This document shows, piece by piece, positions 1 to 12,380 of a stretch of 37,567 nucleotides of DNA. Made by a program: the position numbers and the translations under genes. Source of the stretch: Phoronis australis (taxonomy: Eukaryota > Animalia > Phoronida); contig NMRA01000651.1 of NCBI GenBank assembly GCA_002633005.1, forward strand, positions 172,633-210,199, in the 5' to 3' direction. The stretch's first letter is position 1. Every line of letters begins with the position of its first letter. The notes below the pieces were generated by a model. The model was not told where the DNA came from, searched no databases, and was given only the letters and a program-made list of their open reading frames with translations.

Positions 1-157
1 TGAAAGTAATCGTGAGTGTTGCTGTGTTGCAAAATCTCTTATCCTGGGCCGATTTGAAAAATTCAAAGTTGTACTCATATTTGTTTTCGCTCCTCTTTTC
101 AAATATTACAGTAAAAACTACGTAAAACTCTCTCCATAAAAAGTACAGTCTGCTAGC

Positions 158-296
158 TAGATTGTAATCAGCTGATCATATCCGCATGAGCGAAGCCAAT
201 TATCCTCGCTCGTGACTCGATGACTAGAGCAGCTTGGCGGCATCCCTTTGATCGTGAGCCGAGCGCGACTCAGCCAAGGCGGATAAATACGGTCTA
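158..296. mobile_element. Possible degenerate short TAG..CTA-ended non-autonomous DNA element
   Basis: Starts TAGATTGTAATCAG; reverse complement of the end reads TAGACCGTATTTAT. CpG-rich interior; no TSD found. Confidence 0.25.
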
Positions 297-1080
297 GTTC
301 AATTTTCCATACCCCACCGTTTACCTTAACCACTGGGGTTAGAACTAATTTTATTTAGTGGGAATGTTCATAGCATGATGGCTCGGAAACTGATCAGACA
401 TCACGAACATAAACCAGCCAAAGTTCACTGGAAACTAAACTTCAAGTCAAGAAAATACTATACTAGTGAGCCAAAGTAATGTGCACCTGATTGTGTTGGT
501 GAATTAGCCACGAAACTGCAAATCTACTTACTCGTCGGGGGCCGCGAATTCAGGTTCGCGCTTTGGCCACAGCACCGTCAGGGCAGAAGTTGTACATTGA
601 CGATCATTATTTGAGTAATGTAAATGTAAATAAAGATTCCCCTAACACCTGTCCGTGGGATGGAAATCGAGTCGTTTCGCAATAGTTCTGCCAGCAAACA
701 CGAAATTTAGCATTAGCTCACACGGCCTCGGCCGGTGTCCCGTCAATTAGTTTTATTGCACCTAAAGCCGGTAACGCAGTGATTTATTCATTCCTGGCTT
801 CTCAATCATTTGCACTCATGAACACTCCAAAGGCATTACGAATCGCATCTAATGAGACGGACTTTGCTTCAGTTTTATATAAGTATTGGTTAGGATGAGA
901 ATAATTTTTTGAAACAGAACGCTCAGTAATAAACGCCTACATAGCAACTCGCAATCCATGGTTAGTGAATTTAATGGAGGTCGTTTGCTGTTGGATACAC
1001 TGTGAATTTGAATAATATATGCAAATTAGGGCCGCAATTGTTCAAAATTCTGCTTTTGCTTACAGCTGAAGTACCAGGCA

Positions 1081-1475
1081 CCCCAGGTAAACTATTTTAA
1101 CACCTGCACCCATGTTTCTGTGGTCAACTAATTTTAATGAAATGAGATATTGCAAGTTGTTGCATGATAATTTGCATAATTTATACTAATAAAAGACACC
1201 AGTATTCCAAATACTGTTTCTGCTCATAATTTCATAATGGGCATTACATGTAGATTATTTTCATATTATATAGCATGTTTTCACAATCATAATTAATTTG
1301 CATAATTGACAGTTTACACAAATTACAGCTGCCATAATCAAAATTGTACTTGACTGTTTTTTATCTGTTGCATCAGACACCAGGGAATAGTTATTAATAT
1401 TTGCACCAATGTTTCTGTGGTCAATAAATTAAATGAAATCAGTTTCCAGATTGTAGCATGATAAATTTGCAGAAT
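1081..1475 (+). repeat. Degenerate ~100-bp direct repeat (~300-bp spacing) in an ATTTGCAT-rich AT region upstream of the Academ relic
   Basis: tgcacc(c/a)atgtttctgtggtcaa...aatgaaat...gcatgataa(a)tttgca occurs at ~1105-1178 and ~1402-1471. Confidence 0.6.
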
Positions 1476-1599
1476 CTCTTTTTTGAAGATGAAGAAAATA
1501 TTTTGTGTTGTATGTGCTCAGCAGTTTGAGACCTTAAATTCCAAAAAGATATTGCCTATAGTCCTGCTCATACAAAAAATGCAGACTTAAATTTAATGA

Positions 1600-3030
1600 C
1601 CTGGGTGAATGCTGGAATGGGGCTCGGAGCGATCAGTTCATGGGGACCACATTCATGAGGTACGGACACAGTAGAGGGGGCATAGTAGGGAATTGCCCTC
1701 AAAGAAGAGACTCTTCAGCTCTGGGCACATGTTGGCATTTGTCCTACAAGATTGAAACAGGTCTTGCACAGATGGAGTGCGATAACATTGCATCTTGCAT
1801 TGAAACCTATCACGCAGATGAACTTTGAAAGTAAGGCACATCTTGATGCAGATGCCCAAGATATTGCGCAAATCTGTCAAAAAGTAGATACCAGCATCGA
1901 TCTATTGGATCCCAATGTCCATCCCAAATACGCATAGTGAACACAAGCAGTGACAGGATTGGTATTCCAACAGTTAATGTACATGAAACATTAAGCATTG
2001 GACAGGCAATGTTATCAGACTTCGAGAAACGCTAGCAGTATGTTAGGAACAAAAGTAGGTAATCACTGATGAAGATCACTGTCCCTTAATATAGTACAAG
2101 GAAATTGGCAGCAGGTATTAACTGGAGACATCCCATGAAGAAGCCGGCTCCATTGTGCAGCAGGACGTGAAATGTGCATGAGAAGTTAGCAAATTTTCAT
2201 TCGTTTCTGATGACACCAATGTATTTATGCTTCGTGTGCATAACAAGGAACAGCTTTATATACCAGAACCACGAAATCACCAAGTGAGCGTAGAACAGTT
2301 GTAGACATTACCGTAATCGTTCGGGTTAACGTCCTGGGCGGTTAAATTGGCGAACCCAAAAAATCGGGGGAGGGCGGTTAACCGAGCAGTGGGCGGTTAA
2401 ATCGAAAATCCACCTAAAGTAGGGGATGGGCGGTTAACTGAACATGGGCGTTAACCCAAACGATTACGGTAAGTTGACAGTGAAAACATGTAGCGATACT
2501 GTGAAGGTCTCCTCCCTACCCGTGCACTGTTGGGGTGTAACATGCTACAATGGAGTTGGAAAGGATCCATCGTTAATATATTGACGGCTGGACATGACCT
2601 GTCTGCCATTGGCATTATTAATACACATTTTTCTGATCTCATAAAACAGGTCGCTAAATGTATAATGTGCCTGTTATTGGAATGAAGAGAATCAAGAACA
2701 TGTCAGGAACCAGACTACAAGTACGGGGAACAAAAGAAGAAAAAATGCGTATACGTCTGCCTCCTGTGTGCGGCTCTGTCATTGACAACAATGGAATGTA
2801 AACAGAGCCCATTACCAGTCAGTCATTTAATGGAAATAACCAGCATTAGATCCAGAGGACTATGAGCAGAAGAAAGATTTCATAAACAAGTCACTGTCAC
2901 CATCTACAATTCCGGATGGTTTTCAACTCGCTCCTATTGCATACTGGAGATGATTAGGTGTGGCTGCAAAGGTCAAATTCTATGTAATTCAAGTAAATAC
3001 AGCCATATCAGTCAGCCTGTTCAGCTCTGC
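1600..3030 (+). pseudogene. Academ-type DNA transposase relic (frameshifted, multiple stops)
   Basis: Collinear motifs across frames: WNGARSDQFMGTTFMRYGHSRGGIVG (~1612-1690), DADAQDIAQICQKVDTSIDLLDPNVHP, SHEEAG (~2131), VSDDTNVFML (~2203), RTVVDIKLTV (across the MITE), RALLGCN (~2521; cf. HALSGCD of the XPG-like region) and RCGCKG (~2956; Cys-rich C-terminus). The order matches Academ transposases as I recall them. Confidence 0.8.
2311..2469. mobile_element. 159-bp Tc1/mariner(pogo)-type MITE inserted in the Academ relic
   Basis: 24-bp TIRs CCGTAATCGTTCGGGTTAACGTCC / GGGCGTTAACCCAAACGATTACGG (2 mismatches). TA duplicated at 2309-2310 and 2470-2471. Removing it restores the reading RTVVDIKLTVK. 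Confidence 0.92.
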
Positions 3031-3542
3031 TATAGGGGATCATTATCTCTTATTTGATTTTGTATACCTTACCCTATTGTGCCTGCATTGACTTTCATAA
3101 TAAAGGGCTATTGTGGAGATGTTTAAACTGACGGCGTGCGCGTATGTGTACAAAACGCGTGATTGTTATGTTCCTGAAGTACGAAAATTAAGAAGGCTTT
3201 ACATGCCGTTATTATTGACAGGGACACGATAAAACGAATTTGAATTTTGACTATAGTCTTGATACAGCGATCTGACTGACCACTGCGTCAGTGTCTCCGT
3301 TAGACCCAGAAATTTCACACAGCCCGGGTAGTTCGTTTCGTCCCCAACATGTAGATCGAGCCTTGGACTATTAATACTCCACGGCAGAGCTAACGACTGT
3401 CGGCCTGTGCACACAAAATCTGTGAGTTAACCAGCACTCACCTTGCACATTACAGCCGTTGAAGTGAAAAACAATCTAGTAAACGCCATTTTCTTGCATA
3501 ATCCTCCGCCTTTTGTAACAAAAAAGTCTATCGTTGATGACC

Positions 3543-3841
3543 CGCACACGCACGCTCACTCACTCTCATACACAGACGACCTTCAAAACAAACGTCACGT
3601 GACAACAACATGTGTGTTCATCCAGAGATTTTTCTCTTGTGGTGGAGTACGATGTAGCGCACATTTGGACTTAATCGCAATTAATCTGGACACGCACACG
3701 CACGCTCACTCACTCTCATACACAGACGACCTTCAAAACAAACGTCACGTGACAACAACATGTGTGTTTATCCAGAGATTTTTCTCTTGTTGTGGAGTAC
3801 GATGTAGCGTACATTTGGACTTAATCGCAATTAATCTGGAC
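3543..3841 (+). repeat. 150-bp tandem duplication (2 copies)
   Basis: Copies start at 3543 and 3693; 3 substitutions seen. Confidence 0.95.
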
Positions 3842-4199
3842 TCCACATGAACTTTAAAAATTGTAAAACATCAGGAAGATTTCAGGTAATTTGTTGAGTC
3901 GAAACTATATTTTTATTCAAGAGTACAAGTTTTCCTATTGACGATGGCGATTCAGCGGCGACGCTTCAGTCGGCAAGTTTTCGCCCTGTGATGAGCACAA
4001 TTTCTTGAAAAATTATCGTAATTTAACAACGAAAGTTCATAGCAATGCACCACAATTTTGTAGAAACACTGTCATAGGCTAAAAATTCGTCACAAAGCGT
4101 AAATTTTATGAATCCTAGCTTCCGATTTTACCCGTTTGGGAAACCGGCTTTCAACTGCCGTAGGCTACAATAAGAATCCCCTCCTCGTGATTTTTTCTA

Positions 4200-4245
4200 A
4201 GCGTTTATTAGAGCCAATACAGTATACAGCTTTCCACCAAGGCTA
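4200..4245 (-). mobile_element. Putative Academ-like terminus (TAGCCTTGGTGGAAAGC on the minus strand)
   Basis: TAG-starting terminus downstream of the Academ relic; no partner left end found in the window. Confidence 0.3.
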
Positions 4246-5344
4246 GGTGATACTACGACATTATTCTTTGTTGCATTAGTAACTGGTCTTGGCTAATATT
4301 ATCATTTGATGGCCTGGTCATCCATTCAGCCAAAAGTAGTTCCAGAGGTGGCTTATCAGCCAATTATACACGCAAGCTGACTCACAATAGAAGCCTGATA
4401 AGAGTGAAGCTGGATAAATGCGGTCTTCCTACAGTTTCTTGTTTTAGTGGATGTGTTCACGACATGGCTCTGTAATAGTACATTCAAGAATTTACTTGAA
4501 AATTCTTCCTAAGTCTGCAAATCCGACTAACGCTTCAACTGAGTTACTCAAACACACCAGGGAAAGTTTTCCCAACAACAGGAACACGAAAATTTGGTTC
4601 ATTTTGGTTCAGTACCACTTCTATCATTTCAGTGAGACAACAATGGTGCTTTAGCAGGGTACAAAGCGAAATTGGTTGAAATCATTATTTCCGTTTAAGT
4701 AATATACAACGAATTGGTTAAGCACAGGCGCACGCGCCGACGCACATGCATGTAGGATTGCGAGGTGGCGCCTTCTTTTAGAGTAAAAGAATACTATACT
4801 TGAGCAAAATTTGTTTTTGAAAAAAACAATTTTCGAGCACTGATAGATTTGCCACAATGCACGTATTGTGTGGCATACTATTCACAACATGCATTTTACA
4901 CCATAATCGACGGATGTTCGATAATGAATTCATTGCTAATTATATGGCTCTCACTCTCTTTTACCTGGTGGCATCAGCACTCCGATCACCGAAAGGCAAC
5001 GCAACGTCTAAATGTGGAGATCCTGTTTTAATTGTCCGTGTAAAACACTTCACTAAATAGTAGAGACTGGAGCTCTTGACTTGCATTGACAAGTCAGTTT
5101 CAATTAAATGTTTAATTGCTTCCGTTTGTCTGTTAATTATGATAAAACCGCCTTGGCACACCAAGATCTCATTTCTGTATAAAATAGATTAAGCGCACAC
5201 ATGCCAACTTTAAATGAAAATTGTTATCGACAATTTCCACTTTCCTCATTTTTCGCAATTCATGTAAAAATTGAGGATACATACAAGAATTCAGTGACCA
5301 TGCAAATAAAAAGCAGCTGATGCTGTGGTTGTGCTTGTGTCCAC

Positions 5345-5512
5345 CTGGGGACAAAGTTACTGAGGATGATGGTGGTGAAATGCCTTCATAGTCCCCTACT
5401 GACAAACAAAAAGTCACCATCGCGGTGAATTTTTCCCTATCAACAAATACTTCATCTGTTTCAATTATACAGAGTGGCATCAACGCTACAGTTTTAGTAT
5501 CCACATAAATCA
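5345..5512 (-). other. Candidate 168-bp phase 1-1 exon or pseudo-exon with weak Calx-beta-like pattern
   Basis: TTACAG|...CAG|GT boundaries; open frame IYVDTKTVALMPLCIIETDEVFVDREKFTAMVTF...ISPPSSSVTLSP. Polypyrimidine tract and donor site are weak. Confidence 0.22.
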
Positions 5513-5944
5513 CTGTAATGCTACTGACCCATCGTGCACTTACTATGTTCAGGTTGCTTTTTCTGGCTCTTACATGTAAAGTAGTTGCCGTGAATGCGAC
5601 AGTCTTGATGTTAAATCAAAGTACTCATTCGTCATAATCAGTAGGCCACAACTCATGTTTTGTAAAGCATTGTTTTTCTAAGCACATGCTTGACTTAACG
5701 CCCAGAGACCGATTTTAGTTTTTGTCAATTTCGCGTCCTGGATGTTAACGCCAATTGGTCTTGTCGGAAGACGAATACCGGGCCCCCTATCCTGATTTTT
5801 TAAATTGCATTTTTGTGAAGGAAATTAGGGAAAACAAAAATTGATGTTAAAAAGCTAAGAAATAAATCACGATAAGACGTTTCCTAAGTGATCGATTGTA
5901 TCGGTTGTGTACTAGGCTAGAGATAAGCATTTATGTTTCATTGA

Positions 5945-6230
5945 CAAATCGCCACCAAGACTCATGCAGGTATTCTGAATGTCCTACATGCCTGGTATCG
6001 AGATCAAAGAAAACATATAGCCCAGCAACAATCCAAGCCGAAATGAACAACCTGGTACAAACTTTAACATAAATGGTCACCATAAGAATTCATGGAATCA
6101 GCAACAACATCACAAAGGTCTGACAAACTGAAAGAAAGCACTACACAAGCTATGCGCCTCCCATACATACCTGGAAACTAGAAAAGCTAGGACGCATTTG
6201 CAAGGAATTCAAAATGAGAACCGAATATCT
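5945..6230 (+). mobile_element. Penelope-like retroelement fragment (RT C-terminal thumb/linker region)
   Basis: SPATIQAEMNNLVQT..NGH, then LPYIPG and EKLGRICKEFKMRT (with frameshifts), matching the Penelope pattern ELxxLxxxFxxNGY...LPYxxGxSExIxR. Confidence 0.72.
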
Positions 6231-7175
6231 ATGAATTGGAATTGTCATTTCCATCGAGTGCCTGCCACGATCGTCTATTATGTAACGAGTCCATGCAGTT
6301 CATTTCCATAACGTTGCGTTTCTTATTCAACAAGTCGAAGCAGGTGAACATAATAGAGCCCACACCACTTTCCTTATCGGTCGGTGTTTATGATTACCAA
6401 ATCGATATCGGTTTCTTTATATGTTCTACATAGTTGTGCAATGATTAATTATTAAAAATGTGTAGTTTTTAAAAAAGCAGTTACTTAGATAGGGAGGGGT
6501 GCTCATTACAGTTGACGTCCCTGCTCACAACGCTAGATTATCTCCGTTCGTACATGGGAGTACATTTTCAATGAATTTCGCTGACGCCTCCGGTTTATCG
6601 TTGCCTGCTTGTCAGTTGATGTTGAAGACAACGTGGATGAGAAATCAATGTAACGGTAACTCAGACCCTATGGGTCAACTACTGGCCTAATTCAAACCAA
6701 AAACAGGTATGGGGAAAAAAAAGAACGTCATCTATCAAATCCCTTGCAGACCCGGTGCCAGGGGTTTGGGGGTTCGATCAGATCCTTCTCGCGTAAAAGG
6801 TCCAGACCCAGCCTATCCGTTAAAGGTAAGATCGATGGACAACAACAACAACTTTTGAAACTACTGGTACTACTCACTGTAATGATAACTAAGTTAGTAA
6901 TAACTATGAATTCACTTCCGAGTCAAAGCGATTCACGTATCAGGCCGTACGCGGCCAATATCACCCGAGTGGTGTTTGCGTAAATGACAGGATGGGGCAG
7001 ACGAGGCTTTGTGTTATTTATCGACAGAATGCGGGTGGTGGCTACGCCATAATGTGACACCAGCGAACTGTCTCCCAAAAATTATACTGCGGTGTGAACG
7101 CCTTGAAATCGACTAGAAACTTTGATCAGCGTTCGCTTGCCAATCAGTGTTAATGGTGCACAGCCTCGCAGACTT

Positions 7176-8652
7176 TTTATGTATTTATTATCATTTACAA
7201 ACAATTACAAAAACAAACAAACAAATAAGTACACCATTCATTCACGCATGCAAATCTCAGGAAGACCATTCTCGTATCTCGTTTAAAGTAATTATCTTCT
7301 GAACAATAAAATTTTCCCATTTCGCAGAGAAGCTGTCATATACAAAGTTTTTATATACAATTAAATTTTCAGCATTATAGTACTCAAAAAAGTTTTTGTA
7401 ACGAACTTGTGAAAATTAGGTATATTTTTGTGACATCTCTCCTTGTAAATGTACTGTTTAGCTAGTAGAAGCAAAATGTTAAATAGAAAATCATAAGACA
7501 GACAGTTGGGAATCTGAATGCGACACTTTTGAAGTAGCTTTCCGAATTCCTTCCAGAAATCTTGACAAAGCTATACTCCCAAAAAGGTGTGACAGCGCCT
7601 CTGAAGCGTTATTACAAAAGGAACATAAATCAGAATCCCTAACACATATTTTGACTAAAAAGGTATTTGTTGCAATGATCCTGTGTAGTACTCTAAATTG
7701 GAACCATCTGATATGGGTATCCTTTGTAATTTTGTAAGGTAAAGTATATATTTTCTTCCAATCTAAACTATCTCCTAGCTCTATTTCCCATTTACTCTCT
7801 GAGTTAGGTTTCTTAACGTCATTAAAGACTGAACAAATATGTCTACAACCCTTCAAATCTTTCCGTAAGTGAGTAATTGCTAAAGGCATGCAAGGAGAGT
7901 AGATATTAACACTTTTAAATTTACTTTGAAATAGAGTTTTTTTTAAACATTCTTAGAACAGAAACACCACCATTATATTCTACAAAGTTGGTTTTCACAT
8001 CGAACCCATTTTTTATATTGTTTAATCACCATCAGAGGTATACATATCTCTAATAAATCTTTTACAAACCAAGGCTTATAAAAAACACCAGTCCTGTGCC
8101 TCCGATCGCCAAGTTACTGTTAAACCACAAAGGTTGATTCAAAAAGTCCTCTTTACTCGAAACAATTATTTTCTTGTAGAAAGATAACATACTTCCAAAT
8201 ATGTCGAGCCAGTAGGAATTACCAATTAGAGTTAACTTCGACTTAACAAAGTCATCTCCAAATGAAGCAAAATTCTTTAAGAACGGGTAGAGTGAGTGCA
8301 GTAATTCACCACTTTTCGATGCAGGGCTTTCAAGATATCTACGGCCATAGCGAGTTTTAAAGCTTTGCTGAAAGTATGCATATTAACCATTTGAATTCCT
8401 CCTTGATCAAGTCCTAAACACGTCGTAGTTTGTTTAATTTTATCATTACGGGCCTGCCATAAAAATCTAAAAAATGTCGTATTCAATTCAACCAAGACTT
8501 TTACTGGTGGATTTGGTAAACTTGACAACAAAAATTTAAGTTTAGAAATAGCTAATGTTTTAATTACCGTTACTCTACCAAACGGCGTTAAATTTCCTCC
8601 ACTTCAACTTTTTAGTAAAGACTTGATCTCAGTTAATCTTGCAGCGAAGTTT
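7176..8652 (-). mobile_element. 5'-truncated L1/Tx1-clade LINE (ORF2 C-terminus, zf-RVT, 3' UTR)
   Basis: NFAARLTEIKSLLKS*..LTPFGRVTVIKTLAISKL..SLPNPP; FFRFLW..DKIK..GGIQM; WFQFRVLHRIIATN..CSFC..E..SHLF. AATAAA plus short A tail at the 3' end. Flanked by direct repeat GCAGACTT at 7168-7175 and 8653-8660. Confidence 0.92.
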
Positions 8653-8717
8653 GCAGACTTCATACGAGCAACAAACTTCGATTGATGGAAAAGCCTTTCC
8701 AGGCTACGTTGTGTACA

Positions 8718-8845
8718 TGTCACTATTCCGAATGTTAACTACTCCGAAGTTTCACTGCTCCAAAGGTTCACTACTCCGCAGGTTGGTTACCTCCGAAAGT
8801 TCACTACTTCGAATGTCCACAATTCTGAAACCACAACTCCGACAG
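8718..8845 (+). repeat. ~8 degenerate tandem 16-bp units, consensus GGTTCACTACTCCGAA
   Basis: Units such as tgttaactactccgaa, gtttcactgctccaaa, ggttcactactccgca and agttcactacttcgaa; looks like a transposon subterminal array. Confidence 0.8.
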
Positions 8846-9395
8846 TTCGTTTCTCTGATTGTCTGCTAATGACTAGAAACTGACATGAAGCGAAGTATTG
8901 TATATGTGTCCATTTAGTAACCAAGAAGTGAATAGTTCTTAAAATATAGATTACATTGTTTACAAATGAACACAGTTCCAAACACTGCCACTCGAGATTT
9001 TCGAATTTAACCAACGGCTCGTTCTCGAGCAGGGAGACCATCTGGGACACATCTCAGGGCTGCGGGAACCAACGGCGGTTTTAACTTTAAGAAAACTGTA
9101 TGGCACTCTCCGGCATCGTGAAGATTTGCAGGGACAGGGTAGCCTAATAACTACACGGTGTGGTTCCGGTGAGTGAGGTTGAGGCGCAGTATTCCTAAAC
9201 TTTCCATTCACGCTGTGAAATCCAAACGAAGTGTTTTAGTACCGGGCCATTATTTTCGGTATAGTTCCACCACTCGGTTCATTCAATAACCGAAGTATCG
9301 TTTATTTCACTTGTTTTGTTGACTCTGGGAAGAAACAATGTTATTTTCATCACCTGTTGCACGTTCGTTAACATTCGAGAATGAAAAATATCATA

Positions 9396-9451
9396 GCTGG
9401 ATTGAAAAGCGGGACCTCGGGATTGAGAGCGAGTCATCTGGCTCTATACCA
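9396..9451 (-). other. Degenerate tRNA-derived (Pol III A/B box) module
   Basis: Minus strand TGGTATAGAGC...GAGGTCCCGCTTTTCAATCC; no intact cloverleaf. Confidence 0.45.
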
Positions 9452-9588
9452 AAAATGCGAGGACAAATTGTTAGCCACAACAGCGTTTTTTGTTGAGCAA
9501 GAGACGTAACACCCCAAACCACTCAAGGGCGGTATTTTTTCGCGTTGAGATGGAATTTAAGATAAACTAAAAAACCCATGAAACGTTG

Positions 9589-10005
9589 TTTTTTTTTCTT
9601 TTCAGCCCAGCAATACTCTTGGGCTAAAAAAGGTGCAGGTGGCCTGATGCCTTTTGCGGTACATCAAGCGTGTTTAGGCCATAAGACCGGGCTCATTACA
9701 CTAGTCACCTGAGTATGACTCATGTGGACAAGACATCACCGGATTCCTCATGGGTGAAATCTTCCAATCAGCCTGTTTGTTTTCAGAAAGACAGAAACAC
9801 TATTAAACCTGTTTGAACTAACAATGTTAGCCAGGCAGGTTATGTGTCCGTCAAGTTGTAGATTACGGTGTCTATTGTGGACAGGGCAAATTCCCACCAG
9901 ATGTTGCGGAGTCTCGGCCTCCAAGCCACAGTTGGGACAGAATGAACATCCCATGTGGCCTGTGATGTTACGGTGCCGAGCTAGGTTGCAGTACGAAGAA
10001 TGACC
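9589..10005 (-). mobile_element. 3' end of an I/R1/LOA-group non-LTR retrotransposon
   Basis: CNLARHRNITGH..CPNCGLEAETPQHLVGICP..R..FLKTNRL (C-terminal CCHC finger), 3' UTR, stem-loop at 9604-9625 and A-rich tail at 9589-9602. Confidence 0.8.
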
Positions 10006-12380
10006 ATTGTAATTGTGGGTTTGTTGACTAATTTTGAAGGGAAATCACTGGTTATCTGTAACCGTACCTAGAGAGTTCCTCCTGATGATCAAAAATAACA
10101 AAATTAATAAGAAGCAATAAAGAGTTAGGCTTGATTTCATACCTATACTGTATAACATTTGGTTAGAACCCTGTCGCGCAGACAACCAGACATTCACATG
10201 TGCAAACTCTTGCGGCTAGTCTAGGGGTCACGTGCGGAAGTGAGCATTCCAGGGCTGGAGTGTTATTGTAAGAGCCTATCTTGTAGCTTACTTGATGATC
10301 CGGCAAACATAAGAAAACCGCACATTTTCAGGCTGAAAACTGCAGTCAAACATACATCGATTATCGCGACCCCCTTTCCCGGCCTAGCCTGGGGGAATTT
10401 TACAGGTGTTTTGACTTACAATCAAGCTCTATCGCCTTACAGAGTCTATTTAAGCACTTTAGAATATGTCTATTCAATTGCATTCGCGTGTATAGTGTTT
10501 CTGCGCATCCCACTGATTCGATTTGTGAAAAGACTGACTTTCGATCACCTCTGTAAGTCATAGTGAGTATATATGGTTTGAGAATGCACGAAACGTCTAA
10601 CATGCAGGTAATACCAGGACTCAGCCCAAAATGGTGATTTCGCTTGTCGACCACAGCGTGGGAAGACTCGGCTACCGGGCAAGGGAAATATTGATTTGTA
10701 CTGTTGTGCTAGTCTTGGCTGTTATTCGTGGAGGGACGAATTACAGTTTTGGCACTCTCACTGTAGCCATTCGTGAGGAATTTAATCAATCACTGGCTGA
10801 AGCTGGTAAGTCATTTGTAATAAATTAGTTCTAGAGTTTTTGCACTCACTGTCGTAGTTACCATGTTTTTGTGAAGTGTGCACATTTCAGTTATTACGCT
10901 AATTTAGTCACTCCCCATAGGTTGCTGCATAAAGTTATATCTTCCGTTTCTAAGACATGCCATGACAATTCTATTACTGCGTTATTCGTGTGCAAAATAT
11001 GCAAGTTGTGTGGGACCACATTGTGGCGGATATAGGATACCAAAAGAGGGGGAGCAACACTTTGTTTCGAGGAATCGCGCAAAGCACGATTGCACGGGCG
11101 CAACCAGTGGGCTCGAATTCATGAGGGTGTTTACGTCTAAAAAAACAAGAAACCGATTGCGATAGCAGTGGCATGACGTATTGTGACAATGTGTTTTAAT
11201 CACGAGGCAATTTCACGGTCCTTTTCATGACGTTTGATTGTCCAACCTTTGATCACCGTGAACGTTGACTTTTCTATACGCGGGCTTGGATCTACTCGCA
11301 TACGTTGTTGCCTTTTTGTGGTATATCGCTAAGGGACCAGTGTTTTACATGTTCCATTTCGATCGAACAACTGGGATATCAAGCTTCAATACTAAAACGT
11401 GGGAAGTTGTCGTAAAGAGTGATTCTGATGTCTGATATATAAATTGTTTCAGGGTAAATGAAAAAGTCCGGATCAAATTCTATGTCCTTTTTGTCATAGT
11501 TCAGTCAAACATAAGCATTTATAAATTTACGTTCAAAGTGACGAAAGACCGCTGCTACAAAAAAAACATATGTGTCTTTCAGCACTAGTGAAAAGTTCTC
11601 TAGTTCCACTTTTGTACTGCAAAACCCAAAACACCTCGTGCACTTTCTTAGTCTTAACCTCCGGACGTGTTTCGTATACTTTTATATGCAAGTGCGAACT
11701 CCAATCATACCAGCTAAGTCAAAATTTGGCCGGTCAAGAGACGGCTAAGATCATAACTTCAGCCTAGCACGTCTCAAAAGTCGCATTGCCGTAACGTCAT
11801 ATTTAATTCTTAAAAGCGTATCATAGGTGTGAAAAATAATTTCTGAGATTGGCTCAACCTGCAGCCTCTATGTGTACCTGTATGTAGGCATATCCATTGG
11901 ATAAAATACATATAGCCAGACTGTGCTTTGTGTATTGAATTGGTTCAATCACCGGCCTTGATTCCTGCGTATGTCTGGTAGAAAACTATTAGAATTGTCG
12001 ATGTACAATACAGTCGCGAAAACACTACCGACTGTATTGTGTAACAGACGCCAAAGTTGACAAATGCTGCTTACATAAATTCCGGAGAGTAGAAAATACT
12101 CCGTGCCCGCAGCATAACTGTTCAATGCTTCCTAAATTTACTGCGGTAACAAATCAATTCCCCTTCAAAAGATGGGATTAGCGACCGGCGTTAAAGAGAT
12201 TGGTTCACAGATAATTAGTTGTAGTTAATGTGTATACACATAAATGTATGTTGACTGTCAATAAAGTTTGCTTGTAAACCACAACCTTTTTATTTCATTC
12301 CCTATATTCTTCTATTATTCGTGTAAAACACGCTCCCACCTCCCCACAAAATTTTGGGAATACAGAATTTTCATCTTCGG

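Noticed and set aside
3443-3850. 135-aa ORF with an internal repeat as a gene
   Set aside because: Explained by the 150-bp tandem duplication; non-ATG start and no recognisable domain.
8718-8845. Regularly spaced repeats as a CRISPR array
   Set aside because: The units are contiguous and degenerate with no unique spacers; eukaryotic context and no cas genes.
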